64,000 nt of DNA from Selaginella moellendorffii. Lineage: Eukaryota; Plantae; Lycopodiophyta. Under the pieces are notes generated by a model that searched no databases, had not been told where the DNA came from, and saw only the letters and a list, made by a program, of their open reading frames with translations. Positions 25,330 to 38,200 of the stretch are shown piece by piece (positions within the stretch are counted from its first letter, which is position 1; each line of letters opens with the position of its first letter). A program made the position numbers and the translations under genes. The stretch spans positions 390,574 to 454,573 of the forward strand of contig NW_003314345.1 in NCBI RefSeq assembly GCF_000143415.4. Reading direction: 5' to 3'.

Positions 25330-26870
25330 GTTAAAAGTTTTATTTTGACTTGCATCTGATTTGATATGCTAATATCTTGTAGACCAAAGGCTACTTCTAA
25401 AGAATGTCAACGTCGTATTATGTTGTTTCATGGAGGCAGCCACACAAGAACTTCACTGCATTGGAATGGCTTGCAGCGTGCAACAGGGACTTGCTTAATG
25501 AGAGCAGTTGACAACAGTTTTGGAATGTTGTGCAAGGATTGGATCATTGCAGTTTGTTGAGGCTGCAGGCTTACACAACAGGCACCAAATTTCTCTCCAT
25601 TGCAACATGCATTCACCTGCAGCACTTTGAGGGGGTGGCAAGAGATGCCAAAGATGCCAACGTTTAGCACATGTTTGAACAGATTGTGTTTGTCATGGTT
25701 CTACAACAGTGAAGAGGAGTTGTAGGATAAGCCTTTGGCTGCCATATGCCACTTTAATGAGTTTGTGCTCTCTATGGTATTGCAAAGCATGGCACTATTG
25801 TGGCACAATTTTTAGAACGTGTTTAGCGTGCATATAGGAATTTTTATACATATGTAAGTAACATATACATAGTTGTATGTAGCGCTCAAGAAACTTATGT
25901 ATGTGTAAATGGTGGGTCAAAACATTTATTTTCCAATCCACAAACAAGTGGAACTTTACATACTTATTTTCCACATGTTCCAGAACAAATTCAGTCAGGA
26001 GTAGCCAAGCCATGGGATCAGCAAGCTGGGTTTCTTCACTTGCAAAATTCAGAAAACCTCCATTACAGTGGTTTGAGGTGCATTTCCTTCCAATTAAAGG
26101 CAAACTTGAATAAAATATTCTTGAGGTGTTCATCCTACACTTTGCAGACCAATTCGATTACCTCTGCACGTCTTAGAAATAATAGTACAAAGAGTACCAT
26201 TTGTCTGCTTCACTTGTCCATTATAACAAAGATAATATGAAATAGATTTCCTGCGCTTCAAACTATAAAGTTCAGTGAATGCAGCTACCACTTCGTTTAA
26301 GAAATAAAAACCTCTATCATGTACTAATTCCAAAGGACAACCAAACCTAGTAATAATTTACAAAAACTTAACAACTTTTCTACCTGTAGCTTCCTTCAAC
26401 ACTTTTACCTTAGCCTATTTGGTTACATAGTCAGTACAAATTAGCATGTACTTGCAATGAGTATGCTTGCTTGCTGGAAAAGGCCCAACAAAATCAATTT
26501 CCCATTTCTCGAATGGCAACATTGGCAAAAGTGGCTGCAATGGCATTATATCTCCTTTTGATGATTTCTCAGTTTTTTGACATGGATCCCAACCTCTCAC
26601 ATACTTTGAAATATTCTGGTGCATAATCAGCCATTAATATCCTGTCCTCTTTACCAACTAGATTTTAGCTTCCTCACAAAGATGTCCTCCAAAAGGTGAT
26701 TCATGACATGCAGAAATAACTTCAGATACCTCATGAACTAACACACATCACAGCAACACTCTATCATTTCCCACATGGTAAAGTTGCCCACCATCAAAGT
26801 GAAGTGCCCAGATTGAAGAAGTAACTGCTTCTTCTCTTTACTAGAGAAATCCAGAGGATTACTTGCCAGA
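25330..26870 (-). mobile_element. Duplicated Gypsy integrase fragment and flank (copy of ~13390-14940)
   Basis: PLQPLLPMLPFEKWEIDFVGPFP..YMLICTDYVTK; co-linear with the region following F-box copy 1. Confidence 0.85.
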
Positions 26871-27992
26871 TCCATGGCGACATGGAAATGGGGCAGCACG
26901 CGGTGCGCGGGGCGATTCGATTGGAGGAATCGCCCGGGGTTTCATCCGTACTCGTGCTACGCCGGCTGTGTGATCTTGCACGGATGACATCGAGGAGGCC
27001 TATCGTCTCATTGTTCTCACGCTGGTAAGATTCTAGCCAAAGTTCTTAGTGTTCTTATTGTGTGCTTGGCAGACGCATCCGGAGTATAGACCCAGTAAGA
27101 ATGCGCACTTGGTTCCACCGTTTTGTGGATCGGACCTGGTCTTTAGCTCGACGCAGCGGAGCAGCCATGTCGTTGGTAAGTGTAGCGGATTGTTTCCAAA
27201 TGGTTCTCTCATTTTACTCTTTGTTCTATGACGAGTAAGTGACTGGATGGCGATGACGATATTGCTCGTCCCGATTCGGAGCTTGTGTTGAAGAAGGAGC
27301 TTAGCTGGGCTGCGCATCTCTCAGTACAGGTTTGTGTTCGTTTGTGGACAAGTCTTTCTGTCGTTCTTACCAGGCGTGTTTATTTCCAACTCCAAAGGTA
27401 TTTGGCTGTGCAAACTATGCGAGCTGCGTCAATCAGGTTCTCCAAGGCCTGGGGAGCAGGATGGTTTTGGATCCTAAGAGGTTTGTTTCAGCTATGGCTT
27501 AGATTGCCATTGCAATTTGAGGAGGAAGAGCTGAAGATGCTACATATCTGGTAAACATTGGTTTTGTTCGTGTTTCTTCAATCTGTGATTGCTTCGGGAG
27601 AGTCAGTAAACCGGTTTGTGATTCAATGGGGAATGGTGGCATATGTTTTGTACCCTTTGCGAGTATCATAAGATTGTCTTTACAGTCCACTTGTACCCAA
27701 CTGAGGAGTATGGGACTCTAAACTACATAAACTCGTAACCAGCGGGGCGTGCCGCTTGACATCACGTATGTTTCACTGTATATTCATTCATTATCCGCGG
27801 CGATCCTTTCAGAGCACCACTTGTTGGATTGGAGAACCGTTAAAAGGCCCGCTATCCTCCATTTAAGTGTAACTGCATAACACAAAGTGGCGATTTCTAG
27901 TAGCCAGAGTCACCAGAGTCCGATTACAATGCTGTTTAATCGCTCAGTGCAGGTTTGCTGCCCGTGTTCCACAGTTGACCATTTAATACTTT
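26868..27992 (+). pseudogene. PPR 3' tail fragment fused to PRMT5 5' fragment, copy 2
   Basis: 26868-26950 matches PPR 10246-10326; 26957-27992 matches 10400-11440 and PRMT5 exons. Confidence 0.85.
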
Positions 27993-28143
27993 CATAACTT
28001 TCTAGCTAAAGGTCAGCCTTCCACGTGGAATTTGGCTCGTATCTTGGTCCATATTCCACGTCAGTTTGCTTTATTTAGATAAATACCTTTTGGACGTTGG
28101 GTATATCAGTCATGGAAGGACTAGGGTCTCCGTAATAGTCTAG

Positions 28144-28386
28144 ATGTGTCAAGCAGTGCTGTCGCTCCGGGAGCTCACGCCCGCCCATGAAGGAGGCCCC
28201 ACCCGAGAAGATTTCAAGAGGGCAAGTGGGATCAAACTGCGCTGCAAGACTTGTGGCGAGCCCTCCAGTTTTCTTGATTTTAACAATCACAAGATCACGC
28301 AGCCGCGATACAATTGCAAGGCCTGCCGTTTTACCGTCCAGTTAAGGGACGAGAATCTCTTGAGGGAGCTTCGTTTGATCGATTAA
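28144..28386 (+). CDS. 80-aa Dof-like zinc-finger ORF, copy 3
   Basis: Same Cx2C-x20-Cx2C motif and length as the other copies. Confidence 0.55.
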   Translation: MCQAVLSLRELTPAHEGGPTREDFKRASGIKLRCKTCGEPSSFLDFNNHKITQPRYNCKACRFTVQLRDENLLRELRLID

Positions 28387-28459
28387 GTAAACCTTATAGA
28401 TTAGATACGATGTTCCATATGATTTGATTTACTCTTTAAACATTGGGTATCTGCCCTAA

Positions 28460-29055
28460 TTCCTCGCATATGCTACGATCATCGGGACTGGCCCTAGCTT
28501 CGATTGTTCCTCGCGAGGAGCTCCATCAGTTGGGAGACACAGCCAATTGCATCTATAACTCACAAGACGAGATCCCTACCGGGTTTTAACACCATATGCG
28601 CCTCTTGGGCATTTGCTGCAATTAGGAACGACATCCCATCTGGGCATTTGATCGAATCTCTCTGTAGCTTCCTCCATCCCTCCATGGTCTCCAAAAGCGG
28701 AAAATAGGTCTGTCTAAGTTACCTAGTGTCGTAAGGGCATTTGACAGAAGATCTTGTCGGCTTTCTCCAGATGCCCATTGAAGGCATAGCTCTCTCCGAG
28801 AAGCCACACGTCACTGTGCTTCACAGCGGATCTCAGCGATGTTTCTGGTGAGTTTTGGAGGACTCTTGATCCATTCTATGCGATTTTGTTTCCAGATACT
28901 TTTGTTTTCAAGGGACTTCCTTCCCGGATGGTTTGCTGAGCCACGCGTTTCTACTCAAGCATTACCTCTCTCCGAGTTTGGGGAACTCAGGTTGGTCGTT
29001 GTAAGCAACCGGTTTCTAATCTTGTGTCTTTCAGAAGCTTGGAAATTGTGAAAAT
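28460..29055. pseudogene. Inverted, heavily deleted copy of the AKAP17A/PPR head-to-head locus
   Basis: 28460-28800 is the reverse complement of PPR pieces (tcctcgcgaggagctccatc; cccatctgggcatt). 28836-29055 is AKAP17A sequence on + (ggtttgctgagccacgcgtttctactcaagca). Confidence 0.75.
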
Positions 29056-29081
29056 TTCATCGCTACAGTGAAAAGTATGCT

Positions 29082-29900
29082 GTGGCTGCATTCCTCACCT
29101 TTCCCTCAGGCTCGCCGAATCCCTCTTCGTCAAGCCAGTCGACAATTCCCCACGCAGCGAGTGGCGCCTCTTCCAGACGCTCCCAGAGGGCATGACCATG
29201 GCCAGCACCGACGCGGGCTTGCTGTGCCTGGCCACGTTTGGGGACTTGGATCGGCACTCCTCCATCTACGTGTGGCGCTACAGTGATATCAACTCCTCCC
29301 CGGTGACAGTTCCTCAGTGCCCATCGACTGGAGTCGGATGGTGGTGTACAGCCGCGACAGGGATCGATCGATGCCACAGTTTCGCGTGGCTATCTTCGAC
29401 AGGCCCTCGCTTGCGTTCTACGTTTACGACTCAGCCAGTGGTCCGTGCATGGGGACTTGTACCCGTCGGGCCGGAGGGGCGACCCAGACATGGGCTGTAC
29501 CATTCACAACAACGGCTTCTATCGGATGTTGCATCACGGTGTGGCGGTGATCCTTTGCACGGAGACGTGGAGGGTCTTGCGATACAACATGTGGGACGGT
29601 TCGTGGAGCATTGCGGATCTTGACACCACCGAGTTGGGATCCAGGTGGGCGTTTGTGCTGTTGGATCCGGGCCGACTTTTCGTGCTGAGCGAACACGGAA
29701 GATTTGGAGGGATTGATCGTCGCGGAGATGCAGGGAGAGAAGTGGCAGGTCGCGTCGTGCTGTGACGAGCTTGGCGATGTGGAGGTGTGTGATATGCACC
29801 GTCGACTCGGACGGCTCACGCATCATGCACTTTGGAGTGCAAGTGCTGGTCGGAGGTGGAAACACCTCCAGACAATTTTCAAGGACACAGCGTGGTTTGA
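29082..29900 (+). pseudogene. 5'-truncated, frameshifted F-box paralog
   Basis: Matches 24020-24890, lacks the F-box domain and carries several frameshifts. Confidence 0.85.
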
Positions 29901-30495
29901 TCGTCTGGATCAAGCTATACTATTATATGATCTACTTTTTAAAAATTGATTCTGTCCACTAAGATAGATCCCCTAAAAAAAGTATTATAAAAAAACTGAA
30001 GACTCATTTTCTTAAATACGTAGATGTAAAATAAACAAAGCTTACCTTTTAACTTTCTTTTTATTGTTGTTTTAATACATTTACTAATTTTCTATCAATT
30101 AAGATGAACACATGTATGCTTAGATAGTCAAAAACATACTCATTGAAAAATATGTTAAAAGTTTGATGAGTAATTTTTTTTTTTACTTGCATCTGATTTT
30201 ATCATTAATAATATGCTAATATTAATTTTAAATAAGCAAGAATATCGCTTGGCAATAGATTGCACCAGAAATAAAATGAAATATTTTCGAGAAGTTAACA
30301 TCATACTATCAGATTAATTATTATAGATAAATCCAACCAAAGATCAATTATTTTAACTAAATCCAACCATAGAAGTGATTTATTACCACATAGAAGTTGC
30401 TAAAAAAGAGTTAGAAGCATTGACATTTTCATAAATCCTTAAATATCCTAAAAAAATATTTTGGAAATAGGAAATTATTAAAAGTTACTCTCCAT

Positions 30496-32200
30496 TTAAA
30501 TTATTGACTGTTTCCACACAACTTTTGAGGCTAAACAATGGAAATGATCATCACATACCATATGAGGTGAAGGAACATCAGGGTGGACGTTGAACACTGC
30601 CTGTTGCAACTGATTAAAGGAAGGCTCCTCAAACTCTGCAAGAAAGCCCTTGTCCAGCACCTGGCGCCGGATGGTAACTACCAAGTCCCCATCCTCCTCC
30701 TGGGCAGCAGCCGACCATGGCAGATCCATCCCGGTCACCTTTACCATTGTCTACAGAATGCCCTCGAGATCTGCTGAAGCATCAATCCCATTGCCCAACA
30801 TCGAGTTCATGGAGCCAAACTCACACTACCACAATTGTCTGACACAAATACAGCAATCCTGAAGTCGAGAAGGTAGAACCTCTCCAAACCAACTCCTTCC
30901 TTGCCCTCATGGTAAGCAACCTTCCTGGGGCTGATGTCCCTGTGGATAATCCCCAGCTTGTGCAGCTTTAGCACCGTCTCCAGTAGGCTGGCCCCCATCT
31001 CCGTAGCATCTCGGATAGGAAGCGTCTTGCCATGTAGCGATTCACCAACATAACTCATGAGCACGATTGGGCAGCTTTTCCAACGAAACAGCTGTAAAGC
31101 CATGCCCAACCACAGTATATCAGTGATCCCAATTGAGCTCTTCAGCCAGGTTGAGAATGAGATCCGTGTTGCTGCCAGTGGATGCAAGATCAGCTATTGG
31201 AAGACCAAATCCTTCGGCTGCGAACTTGGCTGACTGCATGGAGCCTGAGCATCGCCTGCTGCTTGCCATCATCCAGCCGAACCAGATAGCAGCCTCCACA
31301 GAAGAGGAAGTTCACGTACATGTGGACGAGCTCCAGCTCCCATATCTCGCCTGAATCAGACTGCACGACATAGGGAAGGCTCCAGCTTTGGAACACTAGC
31401 TCCTGGCTTCATGGTGAAATGGTTGCCAAAAAAGTGCAAAGCACAGAAGATCTGGAAGAGGAGTTCCAGCAGCGCCAAACTATCCACATGCACCACTCCT
31501 GGTGTCACACCTGTGGCTCCATCACTCTGCAAGCTCCTTTGACAACATGAGAGACAGGCACAGATTTATTACCTATGGTCACATTCACAGATGATGCAAT
31601 TGCATTTGTGAATACAATCATAGGTAATAAATCTGTGCCTATAGACACACTGCCCAACACCACCTTCTTCTTGGCCCAAGCACCTTTCCGGCGCTTCTTT
31701 GCCCTGTCCAGAACCTCACCCCTCATCAAGCTTGGATTTGTCGTTTTTAAACTCCACGTAGATGTCGCACCACTCGTAAGCATTACCTGATACCACCCTG
31801 GTCGGATGGACGATGCCAATAGCCAAGTCAGGTAAGCTGGTGTCGGCCACTGCTGATCTTGCAAGTTTGGAACCGGTAGCACTTTCTGAAGTTGCGGATG
31901 TCAACATTTTCCGTGGTACAGTGGCCAAGTACCAGTTGTGCTGCATGCTGGTAGACCTTGCCAAGATCATCGTAGGAGTCATCCAGCTCCCACACGCACT
32001 GGCGGATTTGCCAGCAGTTTGGATGGGAGCCAGATGACTCCTATGATGATCTCAGCATCACCGCTTGATGTCGGCCCGTACCTTTGTGAGGAGATTTGGG
32101 ACGTTCCTTGCAAGCATTTTCACAACCGGCCCGATTTCAGCATCACTGAGCCCAGAGATGGCCGCGGTGGACTGTCACAATCCGTCCATCATTCTGATGC
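30496..32200 (-). pseudogene. Frameshifted gene with a PD-(D/E)xK-like segment followed by a protein kinase domain
   Basis: LPDLAIG...CDIYVEFKND (31716-31982); kinase motifs LHKLGIIHRDISP, FYLLDFRIA and ADLEGIL...LPW, spread over several frames. Confidence 0.6.
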
Positions 32201-32225
32201 GCATTTTCCGAGCGCAGACCACTCT

Positions 32226-35200
32226 TGAGCTCATGAGCTGAAAAGTTGAGCTCGCGAGTTGAGCTCAATTTTCAATTGCAATTTCATACAAATATTATAA
32301 ATTTAAAAAAATTAAGGTTATAGAAAACCTAACTTTATACTATATTTATGGATAAAACTATTTTAGAGGAGGCTTCTTGTCCAATAATTTAAATATTTAC
32401 TATATGTTATTTTATTTAAGTTTGCCAAAACATAAAATAAAATGGTTCTAATGTTGGTAGTTTCAACTCTTGACATCTTTCTTCTTAGGGTAGTAATTCA
32501 AGGACTAGAAGCTATAATATTCATCCCATTGCATAACACAGCCAAACCATATAAAAGATAGAAAAAGAGGATAATGAGAATAATGATCATATATTAGAGA
32601 TAAACGCAATGATAAAGGGTGCAACAATTTAGGTGATAAAAAATGCCCTCCTATTTATTTTAAAAAATTACAATTCCATGACTTTCAAGAAATGCCCTAT
32701 CTGTTTTTTAGCTTTTGGTGGAAATAGTGGCGACAATCAGTACAACAACATATACACTTTTGCAACAGATTGCAATATCATGGCCCCAAACTACTATGAA
32801 ATATGTTTTGAGATGGTAAATACAAAAACAGAGAGACACTAGTATTACAGATAGTATTGTAAAAAGAAAACTTGGAAGTATATGAAATGAAATGAATGTT
32901 TTATTATTAATTATATAAAGTATAAAAAGTATATATTACTGATAGAGAATAAATATCAATAGTATTATTAGCTCCAAAAGTCTTACAACTTAGCAGTAGT
33001 AAAGCTTTCTTGATATATATAAATGTCCACTTTAGGATCTTAGGGTAAAGTGTTGATGAAAATGTAATACATATATGCCTTCCTATGCCTTCCTATGTTT
33101 TTTGTGCTTAGTAAAGTTTGGTTATGTGCAAAGAAAGCATTGAATAACAATTGTGTACTCTCCATTTTCTATTTTAACAATGTGCAATATCTTGGAGTAA
33201 AATGGTACTCAATATCAAGCCTGTAAGAGCTTTTCGCTCCAAGATCTATACCAATATCTTCACCAATAAAGAAAAAACAACACTTTGAGTGAACAATTTT
33301 TATGTCATTAATAAAAGCTTGGGAATTGTACTCCATACATGTGCCACGAACCACTTTCTCAATTACAGTTGCCACTTCTTGAGCTGGTGGAATCAACTTC
33401 CTCTTTATTCTATTGTTGAACATCTCAACAAAAAGCCTCGTTCTTAGTATCTTCCTTCTTCAAATGCTAATGCTTTTGAAGACTACTCTATAGCATATAT
33501 AGAATCTAATAAACATGTTTTATACAAATTTATCTTCTCTTTCCCTACCTCAAAAGAATATTAGCTCTAATGCTTACTTTTGGAGAGATTCATAATCAGG
33601 GTGTACGTAAGGTCTAGTGGTTGGTTCTAGTGAAAAAGACAAGATTAAAAGGCAATAAAAGTAAAGAAGAAATAAGAGACTTCATCTCTTCCAACTATTC
33701 TATCCTACAGAAGGAAGTAGTACATTTTGGCCTTGTAAATGGAACAATATAAAGGAAAATTCTTGCAAAACTAACACTTGAATCTAATAATAATAGTGTC
33801 ATAGGTAAGAGGATTGATTGTAGACTTTTCAAAAAATATAAAATTTCTATAGCCATTTTGATTACATGTTTCATCCATGCAATCTAAATGCCTACCACAA
33901 TGAACTATAGACATTGTTCGAAATGCTGGAAGTGTGTGGTCTTGATCTTACACTAGTTTTAGACATCCTACTTAGTTTCCATCTGTTTTCGTTCGGAACT
34001 AATGTTGTTGATAAAAGGCTTTAGATCAAAGAAGATATTGCTATTGTAATAGGATGGAAGCTCACTCATGGATCTATATAGAAATAAGTGTATGTTGACT
34101 GAGAAGTGGGAAAAGTGGAAAGCATTATTAATAGCTTTGAATATTACTGAAGATGGAGCTCGTGAATTTGGGGCTGACACTAGCATAACTTTTCCACTTG
34201 AACTGGAAGAGGAGGAGAGGATGATGATTAACTCTTTCTTCACATTCACTTTAGCTGAAACACTTTGATTGGAGATCCAAAAACATGAATCTCCTTAAAC
34301 TTTTAATTCTATAAACCTTAATGTTATCCACCCTTGCCCACACTAGAAAGAAAAAACACCGAGCAATAACAATACTAGTGTTGTTGTGGATCACAACCTC
34401 TAACAAAATAGAGCTAAGATTAAGATTAAAATGGCAACATAAAAAACTTTTAAAAACATGACTTTGAGAGAATAAAAGTGGTGGTGATCTAAAAAATGTA
34501 GAAGAACCTTTCCATCCTTCTTTATAGGTTTTGGAGTTCTCTATGTCCCTTATGCTACTTATAAAGATCTATATTGAAACATAAATTGAGATTTAAGGAG
34601 AGCAATAAGAAGAATAATAACAATGTACAAATAAATTTAAATACTATAGCATATCTAATATTTGTAAGTGTGATAGTATTATCATGTATTTTGTTGTCTA
34701 TTGCATGCACACAAATCCAAGAAAAGAATTTCAGCAAGTGAAGTTTAATTGTGAGTGATGATAGTAATGACATTCTGCTTTGGCATGGAGATCCAAGATA
34801 TCCAATCACATGTAAAATATCAGTAGTTTGTCAAATCTTTAGTGTTAGGTGATGTCAGTAATGATAATTCTTCAATGACATAGTTTTGATTCTCAATATG
34901 AGTTAAGTTTTAGCCATATATGCAAATACTGCTAAATGATATTTAGAGCATGTGCCTATAATTTAGGTTCATACACAATACAAAACAAATTTATGGATGA
35001 TGACTCATCCATTCATAGATTAAAATAGTACAATATATTTAATATAATAATGCAACATACCAGATTTATACTCTTTAAAGTTCTGTATGAAATCTTGTTG
35101 AGAATGCATCCTTTCTATATAATTGAGAAAACTAATATTAATATATATAATAATATACCATCCTTTATAAATTTTAAAAAATTCACATATAATATGAATG

Positions 35201-38200
35201 TATCATATGTTAATAAAAAAATAAAATAGGGTATAGGCCAAGTAGTTTTTGGCCCCGAGGGCCCGAGGGCCGGAGGTTATTCAAATAACCTCGGGCCCCC
35301 GGACCCGGAAACTGCCCGAGATCCACCTCGGGCTCCCCACCTCGGGCAGTTTTTGGCCTTGAGGGCCTGAGGTTATTCAAATAACCTCGGGCCCCCGGAC
35401 CCGGAAACTGCCCGAGGTCCACCTCGGGCTCCCCACCTCGAGCAGTTTCTGGCCTCGAGGGCCCGAGGTTATTCAAATAACCTCGGGCCCCCGGACCCGG
35501 AAACTGTCCGAGGTCCACCTCGGGCTCCCCACCTCGGGCAGTTTCTGGCCTCGAGGGCCCGAGGTTATTCAAATAACCTCGGGCCCCTGGACCCGGAAAC
35601 TGCCCGAGATCCACCTCGAGCTCCCCACCTCGGGCAGTTTCTGGCCTCGAGGGCCCGAGGTTATTCAAATAACCTCGGGCCCCCGGACCCCGAAACTGCC
35701 CGAGGTCCACCTCGGGCTCCCCACCTCGGGCAGTTTCTGGCCTCGAGGGCCCGAGGTTATTCAAATAACCTCGGGCCCCTGGACCCTGAACCTGCCCAAT
35801 GTTGAGCTCGGGCTCGCCACCTTGGGACCTGAAATTGCCTGACATTGAGCTCGGGCTCGCCACCTCAGGCCCTGAAATTGCCCGACGTCGAGCTTGGGCT
35901 CGCCACCTCGAGCCCCGAAACTGCCCAATGTCGAGCTCAGGCTCGCCACCTCAAGCCCTGAAACTGCCCGACGTTGAGCTCGGGCTCGCCACCTCGGGCA
36001 GTTTCTGGCCTCGAGGGCTCGAGGTTATTCAAATAACCTCGGGGCCCCGGACCCTGAAATTGCTCAACGTCGAGCTCGAGCTCACCACCTCGGGCAATTT
36101 CTAGCCTTGAGGGCCCGAGGTTATTCAAATAACCTCAGGCCCCCAGACACCAAAACTGCCTGACATCGAGCTTAGGCTCACCATCTCCCGCAGTTTTTGG
36201 CCTCGAAGGCCCGAGGTTATTCAAAGAACCTCAAGCCTCTAGACCCCCAAACTGCCCAAGGTCAAACTCAAGCTTGCCACCTTGGGCAGTTTTTGGCCTC
36301 GGGTGAGCTCAATAGTGCCATTAACATCATATCGAATCTTGTAGTTGAGTAGATCTGCAATACATTCCTAGGCATTGATTTGAAACTCCATCAGAAATGC
36401 AAGTTTTTCTTAAGCTCTATTACGCATTAGATAGTATTGTGATTGATTGCACAATAAATAATGGTTCTATAGTGAAGGTAGTATATGATTCTGGTAGATC
36501 GGTGTTTGCTACTGAAGAACATCATTTATTCAAACATTGGCTTAGAATTACCTCTAACCTCAAGGAGGTAAATTATATTTATTAAGATTTCAATACATGT
36601 TTAGTTTTGTTTTATAGATCACTGTCACCTAGAGATAGAGGTTTTAAAAGTTTCCCAAAGTATGTAAAAGCTATGGCTTAACAAATGCAAAATGAGCACA
36701 ATCCCAATATAGAAGGAGGCATAGAAGGAAATGATATGTTGATGATGAGATAGAAGAAAGTTAAATGAATCTTTACTTGAAAAGAAAATCTTGTCATATA
36801 TCAAAATATCAGTAATAGTGTTAGTGTTAGTTATCAATGTTAATATCATATTCCATAATTGCAAATTGGTATTTTCACATGCAACCGTCAGTTTGTAATG
36901 CTTGTGTGTTGATATCTCATCCTTCAATATCTTGTTAACAATTATATATGAAGTGTTAACATTATTTATAGCAGTTGTGGTAGTGCTCAAGAAAACTATA
37001 AAATCCCATAAAAATGTCCTGACCCAAGAAAGAAAGGGGATATTAGGCATCTTAGAATTAAACTCTCAATTTTTTCACTAATTCCCAATAAATCAAGAGT
37101 GAGCTCTTCTATGGATTGGGTGTAGTAGATTTCAACTTGAGGAAACTCTTTGTCAATAGCCTAAAAAACCCATATTCTACACTAACCAATGTATTGTTTC
37201 CCAAAGGGATATTATTCCTCACCATGAAGCAATAATGGGTATGTGTCCATAATTTATTCTTGAATTTATTGTACATCCACACTTTCTAGACCCGTTGTTA
37301 GGCAATTATTATAGTGTTTAAGAAAATTTTGTAATGAAAACATTTTTTTTGTCTTAAAAAAATGTAGCATACTAGACATTGAATATAATAGCATTTTGTG
37401 ATTTTAAGCAGTCTTGTCATATTAAGAGCATGATCTTGCAAAAAATATGTGGCACTACTCTTGAAATGTTGAAGGTAATCTGTCTCTAGTAACAATATTC
37501 AAAATTCTATATATAGCAAGCTCTAGTTCAACTTCATAAGAACCACCAATAGAAAGAAGATTGTAATATGGTTATAGTGGAGGTGAATGTGGAATGTTGG
37601 TAAACCTTAGGATGAAGGTGGAGACTAATATGAGGTGTTAGGGACTCACATATGAGTAGCAATGACTTTCCTTTGAGCCATATCTATATTAAAATTTTTA
37701 GGAGCATAAGAATAATAAAAATACTATAATAACTAACTTTTCTTGGCATTTATATATTAATTTTTAGTCTTGGGAATGAAGTTTATTTATTATGACACTA
37801 ATAATACTCAGATTCCTGAAATGTCAATCTCAAAAATGAGATTTCATAATCATAGTCTACTTACGAATAGAAGAGCTTCTAGAATTCTAGATACACATGC
37901 TAGAATATTTATCATTCTAATGACCATCTATATATATTCTTTTCTACACTTGTGCCAACTTTCTAGAAAAATACACAACAGGGAAATATAAACTATATTA
38001 TAGTAGCAGAGTATGCAAGCATGCAAGCCCATATGCATTCTCTTATGTGAGATTACCTTTCAATCTTGGAAATGTAGATAAACTTGATTCTTTGATATGA
38101 TATCACTTTTGAGTCTTTTAAAAGATTTTGATTTCTATTATTATTATTCACAAATGACTCTCAAAAAATGCTAGTGGGGATTCATCCCAAAAATATAACT

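Noticed and set aside
35210-35863. 217-aa ORF with a 32-aa repeat (possible repeat-peptide precursor)
   Set aside because: It follows from a stop-free 96-bp GC-rich unit. There is no signal peptide, the frame breaks in the 43-bp units, and DNA palindromy explains the pattern better.
35240-36305. CRISPR-like array of palindromic repeats
   Set aside because: Sequences between hairpins are near-identical rather than unique spacers, no cas genes are present, and the context is eukaryotic.
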